Part shown: positions 50,331 to 60,324 of the stretch, one piece after another
How positions within the stretch are numbered: position 1 is the stretch's first letter
Layout: every line of letters starts with the position of its first letter
Assembly (NCBI GenBank): GCA_964405295.1
Contig: CAYONI010000001.1
Span: 179,608-243,607, forward strand
From: an uncultured Methanosarcinales archaeon
Lineage (GTDB): Archaea; Nanobdellota; Nanobdellia; Woesearchaeales; CAYZNE01
Direction of reading: 5' to 3'
Length of the DNA: 64,000 nt
Position numbers and translations under genes: made by a program
The notes under the pieces: generated by a model
Database searches by the model: none
What the model was told of the DNA's origin: nothing
Seen by the model: the letters and a program-made list of their open reading frames with translations, nothing else

Positions 50331-51608
50331 TTAAACATAAGTTATATCAGGAATTTTCGTCGGTTTTACATTTTTACTTCTTAAGACTATAAGAGATCTT
50401 TCAAGAGGAGTTAGCATTAAATCTTTAATTTTCTTAGGCATTTTACAATACTCAATTGCAACTTTATTTTTATGTGCATAAATTTTAAAATATGATAATT
50501 CATAAGAGGGGTAATAAATATCGGGTAAATACTTGAATCTATTCTTAATTCTTCTCATCCTCTTTAACCAAGTTCCAGTATTTATTAAAACTTTTTTACC
50601 AATTTTTTCCAAAGAAACATTGTGAGTGTGTGCAGTTACAAAAATATCAACACCATTTTTCTTAAAAAGTTTTCTCGTATAATCAATAACAGTATTATAC
50701 TTATTTCTTTTTACACCTTCGTCACCAATTACATGGTATCTTATTAATGCTTTCTTAAAATCTCTTATAAGTAAATATAATGGAACTGAAATCAAAAGCA
50801 AGAATATAATTAGAATAATATCTATCGTTATAATAACCATAATCGCTCTTCCAACTAATCCCAATTTAAGTATTGGTCCATATATTGATACTCCTGGAAA
50901 TACGCCAAACTGTTGTAAAACTAAGAATAGTAATATTAAAAAACTTAATGTCAACATTAAAATAAAAGGTAATAAAAAATATCTTAATAAAGGACTCATT
51001 TCTTTGTAAAAATAATTTGAAAACAGCCAATGAGGAACTGCTTCGTCAGGAGTTACTGATTCAACATCTTTTATCCAAGGACGTTTTGCAACTTCTGAAG
51101 ATTTACCTGCACCTATCAATAATTTTTGAGCTACATGAAATCCCAATGGCTTGTAGTTCTTATCATCAAATGGTATAAAAGATGTTGGTTCATCTTGTTG
51201 ACTTCCGTGCTCAATCCAAATCTTCTTACCAGCAACACTTCTTATTATATATTGTTTTGATTCTAAATTAATATTATACTTCTTTAGAAGAAATTTATAT
51301 TTCTTATTACAAACAAGTTCATGATCATGATTACCAGGAATAATGGTTATTTTTATTTTTGCCCCAGTTTTCTTAAACTGATTAAATAATTTTTTATGAG
51401 TATTAAGAACATATTTTAATTTATTTGAATTTTCAAGTTTAGATATTTCCCAGAAACCAAAAGTATCTCCTACAATTATTAATTCTACATCTCTTTCTTT
51501 TTCTAATTTCTTTAGAAAGATTATTAATTCTGGTTCAAACTCGCATTCATTTAATGGCCCATCACCACCTATGTGTAAGTCACTAATAAAATAGTATTTT
51601 TTAGCCAT
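50331..51608 (-). CDS. calcineurin-like metallophosphoesterase with a 2-TM insertion
   Basis: SDLH, GD, GNHD, EHG, AHTH, NTGTW. Confidence 0.88.
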   Translation of the reverse strand: MAKKYYFISDLHIGGDGPLNECEFEPELIIFLKKLEKERDVELIIVGDTFGFWEISKLENSNKLKYVLNTHKKLFNQFKKTGAKIKITIIPGNHDHELVCNKKYKFLLKKYNINLESKQYIIRSVAGKKIWIEHGSQQDEPTSFIPFDDKNYKPLGFHVAQKLLIGAGKSSEVAKRPWIKDVESVTPDEAVPHWLFSNYFYKEMSPLLRYFLLPFILMLTLSFLILLFLVLQQFGVFPGVSIYGPILKLGLVGRAIMVIITIDIILIIFLLLISVPLYLLIRDFKKALIRYHVIGDEGVKRNKYNTVIDYTRKLFKKNGVDIFVTAHTHNVSLEKIGKKVLINTGTWLKRMRRIKNRFKYLPDIYYPSYELSYFKIYAHKNKVAIEYCKMPKKIKDLMLTPLERSLIVLRSKNVKPTKIPDITYV

Positions 51609-51682
51609 AAGCCAAATATTAGAATTGTCTTTTTTAAAGGTGATGCTTTTAATAGAAATTATAGTTTAAACTTGCTGTTTAG

Positions 51683-51868
51683 TTATATTTTAACTTCTTT
51701 ACCATCATATTTAACAGGTAAGGACAATTTAAACTGATAATCTTTATCTTTTATGACCTTACCATCAATGGTAACTAACCCCTTATGAAGAGCATCATAG
51801 ACATCTCTCTTAAATTTAAATAAACCTGTTCTGAATAAAAATTGATGAATTCTAAGTTTTTTCGACAT
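51683..51868 (-). CDS. stand-alone S4 RNA-binding domain protein
   Basis: LRIHQFL..TG...R...G.VTIDG; GAGGT SD. Confidence 0.7.
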   Translation of the reverse strand: MSKKLRIHQFLFRTGLFKFKRDVYDALHKGLVTIDGKVIKDKDYQFKLSLPVKYDGKEVKI

Positions 51869-51882
51869 TTTTTTACCTCGTT

Positions 51883-53652
51883 TTATTTATTCAAAAGAAC
51901 TGCTTTAATTCTTCTAACACCTGCTGCAGAACTCTGTTCTTTTTTTATTTTAAATATTCCTAATTTATTTGTATTCTCAACATGTGGGCCAGTACAAATT
52001 TCCTTAGAAAAATCTCCAATAGTGTAAACCCAAACTTCATCAGGGTATCTTGCACCAAACTCTGCTTGTACACCAAGCTTAAGAGCATCCATTAACTTCA
52101 TTTTTTCTTTTGTAATTTCTAAACCTTGAGTTATTACTTTGTTAACAACATGCTCTATCTTTATTATTTCTTCTGGTGTAACTCTTCTTTCAAAATTAAA
52201 ATCAAACCTTAATCTTTCTGGAGTAATATTAGAACCTTTTTGTTTGATATCATCAGAGAGAATATTTCTTAGAGCTTGATTCAACAAGTGAGTTGCAGTG
52301 TGTAGTTTTGTTGTTTCTTCAGAATTATCAGATAATCCGCCCTTAAACTTTTTTTCTGCACCAACTCTTGATAATTCTTGATGTCTCTTGAACTCTTGAT
52401 TAAATCCTTCCACATCAACCTTAATCTTTTTTTCTTGAGCTAATTCTTCAATCATCTCTATGGGAAAACCATAACTTTGGAATAATAAAAATGCGTTTTT
52501 ACCGTCAATATCTTTAGTTGCTAACTTTTCAAATTGTTTTAATCCTTTTTCAAGTGTTTTTTCAAATTTGGATTCTTCTTTTCGTAATTCAGTTAGAATA
52601 AATTCTTTATTATCTTTTAATTCTGAGTATTCATCTTGATATAATTCGATAATTTTTTCCGCAATTATAGGAGTTATATTATTATCTACAATATTGACTC
52701 CCAATAATTTCAGATGCCTTATACTTCTTCTAATTAACCTTCTTAAAACATATCCTTGATCTAAGTTAGAGGGGATTATTGCCTTATGATCTCCGAGAAT
52801 AAATGTTGCGGCTCTCATGTGATCAGTTATTATTCTTAGTGAATGTAATTGTTCTGAATTTGGTTCCTGAATCTTAGCAATCCCTTGAACTTTATTCATA
52901 ATAGGTTTTATTGTACTTATTTCATAGACATCAGGTTTATTCTCAAGAATCATTGCAACTCTTTCAAACCCCATTCCAGTATCAACATTTCTTTGTAGTA
53001 ATGGAACATACTTTCCATCTTTTGTTTTATTATACTGCATAAAGACATCATTCCAAATTTCAACCCAAGTTTCATTTTCAGGATCAAAATCTTTTGGAAC
53101 TTCTTCTTTTGAATTCCAATAAAACATTTCAGTATCTGGACCACACGGACCTGTTTCTCCTGCAGGCCCCCACCAATTCTCTTTTTTAGGAAGAAAGGCT
53201 ATTCGATCTTTAGACACTCCTAAAGACAACCAAACATTTGCAGACTCCTCATCTTTTGAAGCATCATTATCTCCTTGGAAACAAGTAAATGCTAATTTTT
53301 CTATTGAAAAAACAAGCTCTTTTGTTAAAAATTCAAAACTCATTTCTATTGCTTCTTTCTTGAAATAATCACCAAAGCTCCAATTACCAAGCATCTCAAA
53401 GAAAGTTAAGTGACCTTTATCTCCGACATCATCAATATCCCCAGTTCTTATACACTTCTGCACATTAACAATTCTTTTCCCTAACGGGTGTTCTTGCCCA
53501 ACTAAGAAAGGAACTAAAGGATGCATTCCTGCAGTTGTGAATAATACACTAGGATCATTATCAGGTATTAGTGAAGCAGAATCTATCTTTTTATGATTAT
53601 TCTTTTCAAAAAACTTGAAATATTTCTCTTTTAACAGCTTTGAACCATTCAT
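51883..53652 (-). CDS. alaS: alanine--tRNA ligase (short form lacking C-Ala)
   Basis: FTTAGM, QKCIR, FFEMLGN, DTGMGFER, editing HTATH / CTGPH. Confidence 0.96.
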   Translation of the reverse strand: MNGSKLLKEKYFKFFEKNNHKKIDSASLIPDNDPSVLFTTAGMHPLVPFLVGQEHPLGKRIVNVQKCIRTGDIDDVGDKGHLTFFEMLGNWSFGDYFKKEAIEMSFEFLTKELVFSIEKLAFTCFQGDNDASKDEESANVWLSLGVSKDRIAFLPKKENWWGPAGETGPCGPDTEMFYWNSKEEVPKDFDPENETWVEIWNDVFMQYNKTKDGKYVPLLQRNVDTGMGFERVAMILENKPDVYEISTIKPIMNKVQGIAKIQEPNSEQLHSLRIITDHMRAATFILGDHKAIIPSNLDQGYVLRRLIRRSIRHLKLLGVNIVDNNITPIIAEKIIELYQDEYSELKDNKEFILTELRKEESKFEKTLEKGLKQFEKLATKDIDGKNAFLLFQSYGFPIEMIEELAQEKKIKVDVEGFNQEFKRHQELSRVGAEKKFKGGLSDNSEETTKLHTATHLLNQALRNILSDDIKQKGSNITPERLRFDFNFERRVTPEEIIKIEHVVNKVITQGLEITKEKMKLMDALKLGVQAEFGARYPDEVWVYTIGDFSKEICTGPHVENTNKLGIFKIKKEQSSAAGVRRIKAVLLNK

Positions 53653-53802
53653 TCCACTTAATAGATTGCAGTCATTTATAATATTTGCTGTTAGAATGGG
53701 GAATGCACTTTAGTTAGTTAGTGCACACAGATCTCAATTTTATTATTAGAAAAATACCACTTATTGAATAAGTTTATATAAAAACAAGTGAATTAATTAT
53801 TT

Positions 53803-54411
53803 ATGAATATATATAAGAATCTAGTTGGAGATAAAAATAAAATATTCTCTTCAATAAGAAAAGAGTTTGATACTCACCCAATAATAAAGTTTATTTCAAT
53901 TGGAGTTTTAATAATAATTTATTTCCTATTTGTTTCTAAATCTCATGGCATAAGAGATGGTTTAATAATTAGCATCACTAGTTGGTCTTTTTTTGTATTT
54001 TGCACACCTATTGCAGATGCAGGTATTTTACTAGATTTCCCAATGCGGTTAATCACAGGAATAAAAATGATTTATTCAGAAATAATTGTGTGGATTATTG
54101 CTATAAGCATTAATATTTTTGTATTCTTTAATAATCCAAGCATATATGATAAAACAATTTTATTAGCTTTATTCAAACATATTCTTGATACACCTTTCCC
54201 ATATTGGATTATAATAATTTTATCAGGAATTGGAACTTTTTTATCGATTTACATTGCAGATAACCTAATTGGGGTTAAACATTTAAGAAAAAAACATTCA
54301 AGTTTTCTGATAAAACATAAGATTGTTATCTTTGCCTTCATAATAATATTAATCATTATATCTTATGATTTCTTATTAAATAAATTAGGAGTTCACATAC
54401 CTTTAATCTAA
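53803..54411 (+). CDS. hypothetical membrane protein
   Basis: About 5 TM segments, CTPIADAG motif. Confidence 0.75.
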   Translation: MNIYKNLVGDKNKIFSSIRKEFDTHPIIKFISIGVLIIIYFLFVSKSHGIRDGLIISITSWSFFVFCTPIADAGILLDFPMRLITGIKMIYSEIIVWIIAISINIFVFFNNPSIYDKTILLALFKHILDTPFPYWIIIILSGIGTFLSIYIADNLIGVKHLRKKHSSFLIKHKIVIFAFIIILIIISYDFLLNKLGVHIPLI

Positions 54412-54557
54412 TAATTAGATTACTAAAAAAAGCGCAACTAACATATATGCACCCCAATTGCGAGTACACACAAGTCTCAGAAAGGAAAGAATCATTTAAG
54501 CACCTAATTAAACATAAAAAGTTATAAACTAATAATGCAAATACTAGGATTATTAAT

Positions 54558-57257
54558 ATGGAAGAATTAAAAAATATTCATAAAGTTTCGTTGGAAAAAT
54601 TTTATAAAATTTTTAATACAACAGAACAAGGATTATCTAGTTTAGAAGCAAATAAAAGATTAGAAAAAATTGGCAAAAACATTCTTGTTACCAAAAAGAA
54701 AAATTCTATGATTATTAATTATCTTAAACAGTTTAGCAATTTTTTCGCAATACTATTACTTGTTGGTTCAATACTTGCTTTCTTAGCAAACCATCTTTAT
54801 CCAGGAGAAGGAAACTTATACATTGGAATTGCATTATTAATAGTTGTTGTTCTTAATGCAACATTTACATTTATTCAAGAATACCAAAGTGAAAAGATTA
54901 TGGAATCATTTAAGAAAATGCTTCCTTCAGAAGTTTCAGTTCTAAGAGATAATAAACGTGTTAAAATACTTGCAGAAAATCTTGTGCCCGGAGATGTAAT
55001 TTTTCTTGAAGAAGGGGATAAAATACCTGCAGATGCAAGAATATTGGAATCTAATGGAATGAAAGTTGATCATGCATCAATCACAGGAGAATCCGAACCA
55101 CAACTAAGAAAAAATATTCCTACCCATAATAATATTCTAGAATCAAGGAATGTATTATTTTCAGGAACTCTTGTTCAAACAGGCAATGGAAAAGCAGTTG
55201 TCTATGGAATAGGAATGAATACTCAAATTGGAAAAATTGTAAAACTTACAAAAGAAACAAAGAGTGTTAAATCTCCATTACATAAAGAGATTAATCATTT
55301 TATTAAAATTATATCAAGAATAGCAATAATCCTTGGCATAATATTTTTTCTTGTTAGTCTTTTCCTTGGAAATAAAGCAACTGCTAGTTTAGTTTTTGCC
55401 ATAGGGATTATTGTTGCAAATGTTCCTGAAGGACTATTACCAACTGTTACCCTTTCATTATCAATGGCTGCCAAAAGAATGGCAAAGAAGAAAGCACTAA
55501 TTAAAAATTTAGAATCAGTTGAAACACTGGGTTCAACCACAATAATTTGCACTGACAAAACAGGAACACTCACAGAAAATAAAATGAGAATAGAAACTAT
55601 TTTTATGAACACAAAAGAGTTTGGTATTGATGAACCAAACCTAAAAGATAAAATTGGCGTTTCTCATCTTATAGAAACAATGAGTCTTTGCAACAATGCA
55701 TACATCAATCACAAAGGAGAACATTTTGGTGACCCAACAGAAACAGCTCTCATAAAATTTGCAAACACACAAAACAATGTTGATTCATTAACAAATAAAC
55801 ATAAAAGACTTAGAGAATCTCCTTTTGATTCTAAAACAAAAAGAATGATTACCTATAACAAATACAAAAAGGGTATTCGTGCACATCTTAAAGGTGCGCC
55901 AGAAGTTATTTTAGAAAAATGCAATAAAATACGTATTAATCAAAAAGTTAGAAAATTAACGAAAAAAGATAAAACACTAATTATCAATAAATACAAAGAG
56001 ATTGCATCCAGAGGAGAAAGAGTTCTAGGTTTTGCATATAAAGATATTAAAACAGTTAAAAGCCCTGAAAAAGAATATATATTTACAGGATTAGTTGGAA
56101 TGATAGATCCTCCTAGAAAAGAAGTTCCTATGGCACTAAAAGATTGTAAAACAGCAGGAATTAAAGTAATTATGATAACCGGGGATCATCCACTAACTGC
56201 AGAAGCCATTGCTAGAAAAGTTGGGATAATAAATAAAAATGCAAAATCAAATATTATGCTTGGAGATGAACTTACAAAAATATCTAGTAATAAATTAAAA
56301 GCGTTCCTAAAAAAAGATAACATACTTTTTGCAAGAACTGCTCCTGCTCAAAAGCTACAGATTGTAAAAGCTCTACAGGCAATGGGAGAAGTTGTTACAG
56401 TTACAGGAGACGGAGTTAATGATGCACCTGCACTGAAGAATGCAGACATGGGTGTAGCAATGGGTGTCATAGGTACAGAAGTTGCAAGAGAAGCAAGTGA
56501 CATGGTTTTAATGGACGATAATTTTGCCACAATAGTAAGTGCAATTGAAGAGGGCAGAACAATATTTGAAAACATTAAAAAGTTTATAGCATATATATTA
56601 ACCAGTAATGTTCCTGAGATTTTACCATTTATCGCATTTGTCGCTCTAGGATTACCTCTTCCCTTGACAATCATACTTATTTTAACCATTGATCTGGGAA
56701 CAGATCTTTTACCTGCTTTAGGATTGGGATCAGAAAAACCAGAAACTGATGTTATGACCAAAAAACCACGATCAAGAAAAGAAAGATTGCTAACTAAAAA
56801 TTTATTATTTAGATCCTATGGCATAATAGGAGTGATACAAGCCGCAGCAGGATTTGCAACCTACTTCTTTATTCTTTATTCAGGAGGATGGGTCTGGGGC
56901 CAAACATTAGCCACAGACAGCCTTTTATACATGAGAGCAATAAGTGGATTCTTTGCAAGCGTAATAATTGCTCAGATTGCAGATGTTCTTATTTGCAGAA
57001 CCAAAAGAGAATCAATATTCAAAACAGGAATTATTAAAAATAAACTAATACTATTAGGAATACTAACAGAAATATTATTAGTATTCTTTATTGTTTATGT
57101 TCCCATAGGAAATAAATTCTTTGGAACAGCACCACTATCATTATTAGAATTAAGCATAAGCATTCCTTTTGCATTATTAATCTTCTTTGGTGATGAACTA
57201 AGAAAAAAGCTTATTAGAAACAACAACAAGTTTGTTTTAAAGTATTTAACTTGGTGA
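54558..57257 (+). CDS. P-type ATPase, Na+/K+-ATPase-like (P2C)
   Basis: TGES, VANVPEGL, DKTGT, KGAPE, TGDGVND, SNVPE, IDLGTD. Confidence 0.93.
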   Translation: MEELKNIHKVSLEKFYKIFNTTEQGLSSLEANKRLEKIGKNILVTKKKNSMIINYLKQFSNFFAILLLVGSILAFLANHLYPGEGNLYIGIALLIVVVLNATFTFIQEYQSEKIMESFKKMLPSEVSVLRDNKRVKILAENLVPGDVIFLEEGDKIPADARILESNGMKVDHASITGESEPQLRKNIPTHNNILESRNVLFSGTLVQTGNGKAVVYGIGMNTQIGKIVKLTKETKSVKSPLHKEINHFIKIISRIAIILGIIFFLVSLFLGNKATASLVFAIGIIVANVPEGLLPTVTLSLSMAAKRMAKKKALIKNLESVETLGSTTIICTDKTGTLTENKMRIETIFMNTKEFGIDEPNLKDKIGVSHLIETMSLCNNAYINHKGEHFGDPTETALIKFANTQNNVDSLTNKHKRLRESPFDSKTKRMITYNKYKKGIRAHLKGAPEVILEKCNKIRINQKVRKLTKKDKTLIINKYKEIASRGERVLGFAYKDIKTVKSPEKEYIFTGLVGMIDPPRKEVPMALKDCKTAGIKVIMITGDHPLTAEAIARKVGIINKNAKSNIMLGDELTKISSNKLKAFLKKDNILFARTAPAQKLQIVKALQAMGEVVTVTGDGVNDAPALKNADMGVAMGVIGTEVAREASDMVLMDDNFATIVSAIEEGRTIFENIKKFIAYILTSNVPEILPFIAFVALGLPLPLTIILILTIDLGTDLLPALGLGSEKPETDVMTKKPRSRKERLLTKNLLFRSYGIIGVIQAAAGFATYFFILYSGGWVWGQTLATDSLLYMRAISGFFASVIIAQIADVLICRTKRESIFKTGIIKNKLILLGILTEILLVFFIVYVPIGNKFFGTAPLSLLELSISIPFALLIFFGDELRKKLIRNNNKFVLKYLTW

Positions 57258-57330
57258 AAATAGATACATTTCTTTGTTAGGGATATTATGAACTGAGAAC
57301 GGTAATACCATTTTGGATAAATCACTTTTT

Positions 57331-58791
57331 CTATTCTTTAAGTTCTTTTTCTGCTTTGTAACGTTGATATCCTTCTTCATATTTTTGTATTAACATAATA
57401 TTACCTAATGAACTAGCAGTTCCGGCACTAATTGCAAGATCCATATCATCAGGAGGATTATTCATCAACTCTTGGGGTGTTTTTCCTTTATCTCTATATC
57501 TCATATAATAACTCATTCCTTGAGCAAAATCATCTATTTGTAATTCACTTGCAAGTTTGTTCACTGCCTCTACAGGAAATGTAGTACCATAACTAGTTAT
57601 ACTGCCTATCATCATGTTAGAACCACCAGCAATGATCCCATAGCTAGCAAGAGTATCCCTAGCAACTTTTTTATCCATTGACCACCTAATATAAGTATCC
57701 ATGGTTTGTATAAAATGAGTAGGTTTTTTTATGTCTTTTTTATAATCATCTAAAGTTAATTTTGCTATTAGCCATTTATGTTCTTTATCTGCATCTTTGT
57801 AACTAGTATGAAACCAATTAATGGGGTTCAGTCCACTAAAGAAAGTAATATCTTTAAGTTTTTGCCAAGTAGTTGGTTCAAGTAAATGTTGCAATGAAGA
57901 TTTCCATACTCCTGAACCTCCAAAAACAAGTTGATCATTACTTCTTCTCATTACAGCTATCCGTTTTATTTTTCCATCTACCTTTAGTTCAATAACTTTA
58001 TATTCATTAGACTTAAGAGTTCTATATACTAATTCCAATTGTTCTTGTTCTTTATTTTCAAGTTTAATCCCTTTGGGTGGAATAAATTTACAGCCACCTT
58101 CGACCCGTTTATATCCTTCTTTACATGCACATAAAGTATGTATTTCTTTTGTTTTTGAATCAACAATTTCAGTTTTTATTTTTTCTTGGGGACTACAACC
58201 ATTAGCATCATAATCATCAAATGTCCAATTTATTACACAATCAATCTTACCTTTATTATCATAAGCAGAACACTCCTCATACTCGATTTCTCCAAAAAAA
58301 GTTGCGCCCATCCAATCATTAAAATTGTCAAGTTCAACAAATTCAAAATCGACGATGTCATTGTAAAAATCTTCTAGAAAATTAGTTTCATTATCATCAT
58401 TGTCAATTTCATCGTAGTAATCATCATAATTTCTATTATCATTATCACTCCCTTCAAAATCTTTTACTAGAACAACAATATCTTCTCCAGGGCACATATC
58501 ATCTGTATGTATACAAGCATAAAGACATCCAGGACAAGAGGTATACTCCCAATCTCTGTGACATGCTTTATTGGGATCATTAGGTTTTTCATTAATTGAA
58601 CCTACTGAACCACAGACACAATCTTTGGTATAACTATAATGTGCATCAGCTATTGAATTACAATCACTTTGAACACAACCTACACCACTCATTCTCTGCC
58701 ACTCATATCCTGGTTTACAATCTTGGGCATTTACTAAACTAGTAAAAAGAATAAAAAATGTTAAAAATATAAAGATTATAGTTTTTTTCAT
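57331..58791 (-). CDS. secreted Cys-rich protein
   Basis: Sec signal MKKTII...VNA|Q, 10-Cys N-terminal domain, acidic linker, EGF-like CACKEGY...GC. Confidence 0.8.
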   Translation of the reverse strand: MKKTIIFIFLTFFILFTSLVNAQDCKPGYEWQRMSGVGCVQSDCNSIADAHYSYTKDCVCGSVGSINEKPNDPNKACHRDWEYTSCPGCLYACIHTDDMCPGEDIVVLVKDFEGSDNDNRNYDDYYDEIDNDDNETNFLEDFYNDIVDFEFVELDNFNDWMGATFFGEIEYEECSAYDNKGKIDCVINWTFDDYDANGCSPQEKIKTEIVDSKTKEIHTLCACKEGYKRVEGGCKFIPPKGIKLENKEQEQLELVYRTLKSNEYKVIELKVDGKIKRIAVMRRSNDQLVFGGSGVWKSSLQHLLEPTTWQKLKDITFFSGLNPINWFHTSYKDADKEHKWLIAKLTLDDYKKDIKKPTHFIQTMDTYIRWSMDKKVARDTLASYGIIAGGSNMMIGSITSYGTTFPVEAVNKLASELQIDDFAQGMSYYMRYRDKGKTPQELMNNPPDDMDLAISAGTASSLGNIMLIQKYEEGYQRYKAEKELKE

Positions 58792-58916
58792 AATAAATGT
58801 ATTAGGTATTGCTAATTTATAAATAATTTCTTTTTTTGAGTAAAGAGGATGCAACACACATAAGTAGGAATAAAAAAAAAGAAACCTTTATATTCTGTTG
58901 ACAATTAATTTGAGTT

Positions 58917-59516
58917 ATGAGCACATTTTCAATTAAATATATACTTTTACTTATACTAGTCTTGGTATTAGCAGGTTGTTCTGGATCAAATATCAAAGAT
59001 GATTTCTGTGGTGTTCATATTAACTATCAATATTGTAAATGTGCATTCCATAATGAATATTGTGATAGTATAGGAATGAGTAAAAGTGAAGCAAAAACCT
59101 ATGTTTATTCAGAATATGAAACCTGGCTTGACACGCAATTAGAAGAAGATAAATATGGTATTATTGAGAAAGACGGAAACCTTTATCTTAACTCTGAACC
59201 TAGAAAAGTATTATCTATTAAAACAGAAGATTTGCCTGTCTGGGCTCGTGGAAAGATTGCTACTGTTGGCGCAACAATTGCAGTAGTTGGGCCACCTGAT
59301 ACAATTATAGAAGGTGACAGTAATGTTCTTCTTGATGGGCTTCCTATTGCAAGAGAAGGAGATGGGACTGCTCAAAGAGGAGAAATTATTGAAGGTTCAG
59401 AAAATATATTTGTAAATGGCAAACCTGTAGCACTCATTGGCAGCCAAACAGTAAACCCTATGGTGACTGGAACTGTACCTCATGTAGGTGGACCAATAAC
59501 TAGTAACACTAACTAA
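58917..59516 (+). CDS. lipoprotein with C-terminal PAAR-like domain
   Basis: Lipobox LAG|C21; PIAREGD, PVALIG, GPPDTI, PHVGGPI. Confidence 0.85.
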   Translation: MSTFSIKYILLLILVLVLAGCSGSNIKDDFCGVHINYQYCKCAFHNEYCDSIGMSKSEAKTYVYSEYETWLDTQLEEDKYGIIEKDGNLYLNSEPRKVLSIKTEDLPVWARGKIATVGATIAVVGPPDTIIEGDSNVLLDGLPIAREGDGTAQRGEIIEGSENIFVNGKPVALIGSQTVNPMVTGTVPHVGGPITSNTN

Positions 59517-59577
59517 ATTAGAACCATCTTCTTTATTAAATATAATTCAAAGATAAAAAATCAGTGAAGAAAAAGTA

Positions 59578-60324
59578 TTATTCTTCAACTTCTACTTTCC
59601 CATAATATTTATATGCTATTTCTGGTCGATAAAAATGCATCCAGTCTTGCGAATTTTTCCAGTCTCCACCCCACTTCCAACCTTCCTCTTTGAATATTTT
59701 TACAATTTCTGAATCTGCTTGGAGTGTTCCTTTTTTACTTAGATCACGAGGATAATTTGGAGAATTTGGTAAACCTTTTTTGATAAAAGGATTTAGTACA
59801 GAATTTATGTCAATAGCTGCTCCAAAAGCATGATCTGAAATCTCGTTACTATTTTCTACAAAACGCCAATCAAATGCTCCGCAATTATTAAGTCTTGAAG
59901 ATGTATTCCAATTAAACATACTAATTGGAAAAATACTTGTCATAGGGAAATCCGTTTCTAAAAGAATTCTTTTGAAAATTCTCTTTATTGAAGATACTAA
60001 ATATTTATTGATGATGATTTGACCTGGATATATTTGATTATTAAAACCTCTGTAATCAACATTAACTAGTTCTATTTGATCAATTATTTCTTGAGGTACT
60101 TTTTTTTCCCTAAGAGAATCCAAAAACTCTTTTTGAGTCATAAGTCGCGGTTGGATAATAGGTTGTTTGTAGTTTAAAGGATTTTCTAATATTTCTTTTA
60201 AGGTACGCGAAGGCCACAATTTCAGTGCTATGTTTTTTGTTTGTAGATCTTTGGTCTTTGATTTTTTAGTAGAATCTTTTAATTTAATTTCTAGTTGTTT
60301 AAGTCTCAGATTCATTTCATTCAT
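59578..60324 (-). CDS. M15 family Zn peptidase (peptidoglycan peptide hydrolase type)
   Basis: R...SDHAFGAAIDIN, WKWGGDW, DWMHF. Confidence 0.9.
   Translation of the reverse strand: MNEMNLRLKQLEIKLKDSTKKSKTKDLQTKNIALKLWPSRTLKEILENPLNYKQPIIQPRLMTQKEFLDSLREKKVPQEIIDQIELVNVDYRGFNNQIYPGQIIINKYLVSSIKRIFKRILLETDFPMTSIFPISMFNWNTSSRLNNCGAFDWRFVENSNEISDHAFGAAIDINSVLNPFIKKGLPNSPNYPRDLSKKGTLQADSEIVKIFKEEGWKWGGDWKNSQDWMHFYRPEIAYKYYGKVEVEE

Noticed and set aside
53690-53730. Known ion- or c-di-AMP-sensing riboswitch ahead of the membrane protein and pump
   Set aside because: Only a 6-bp hairpin (TGCACT/AGTGCA); no riboswitch consensus recognised.
58917-59516. Type VI secretion or eCIS locus
   Set aside because: No VgrG, tube, sheath or baseplate genes in the window.
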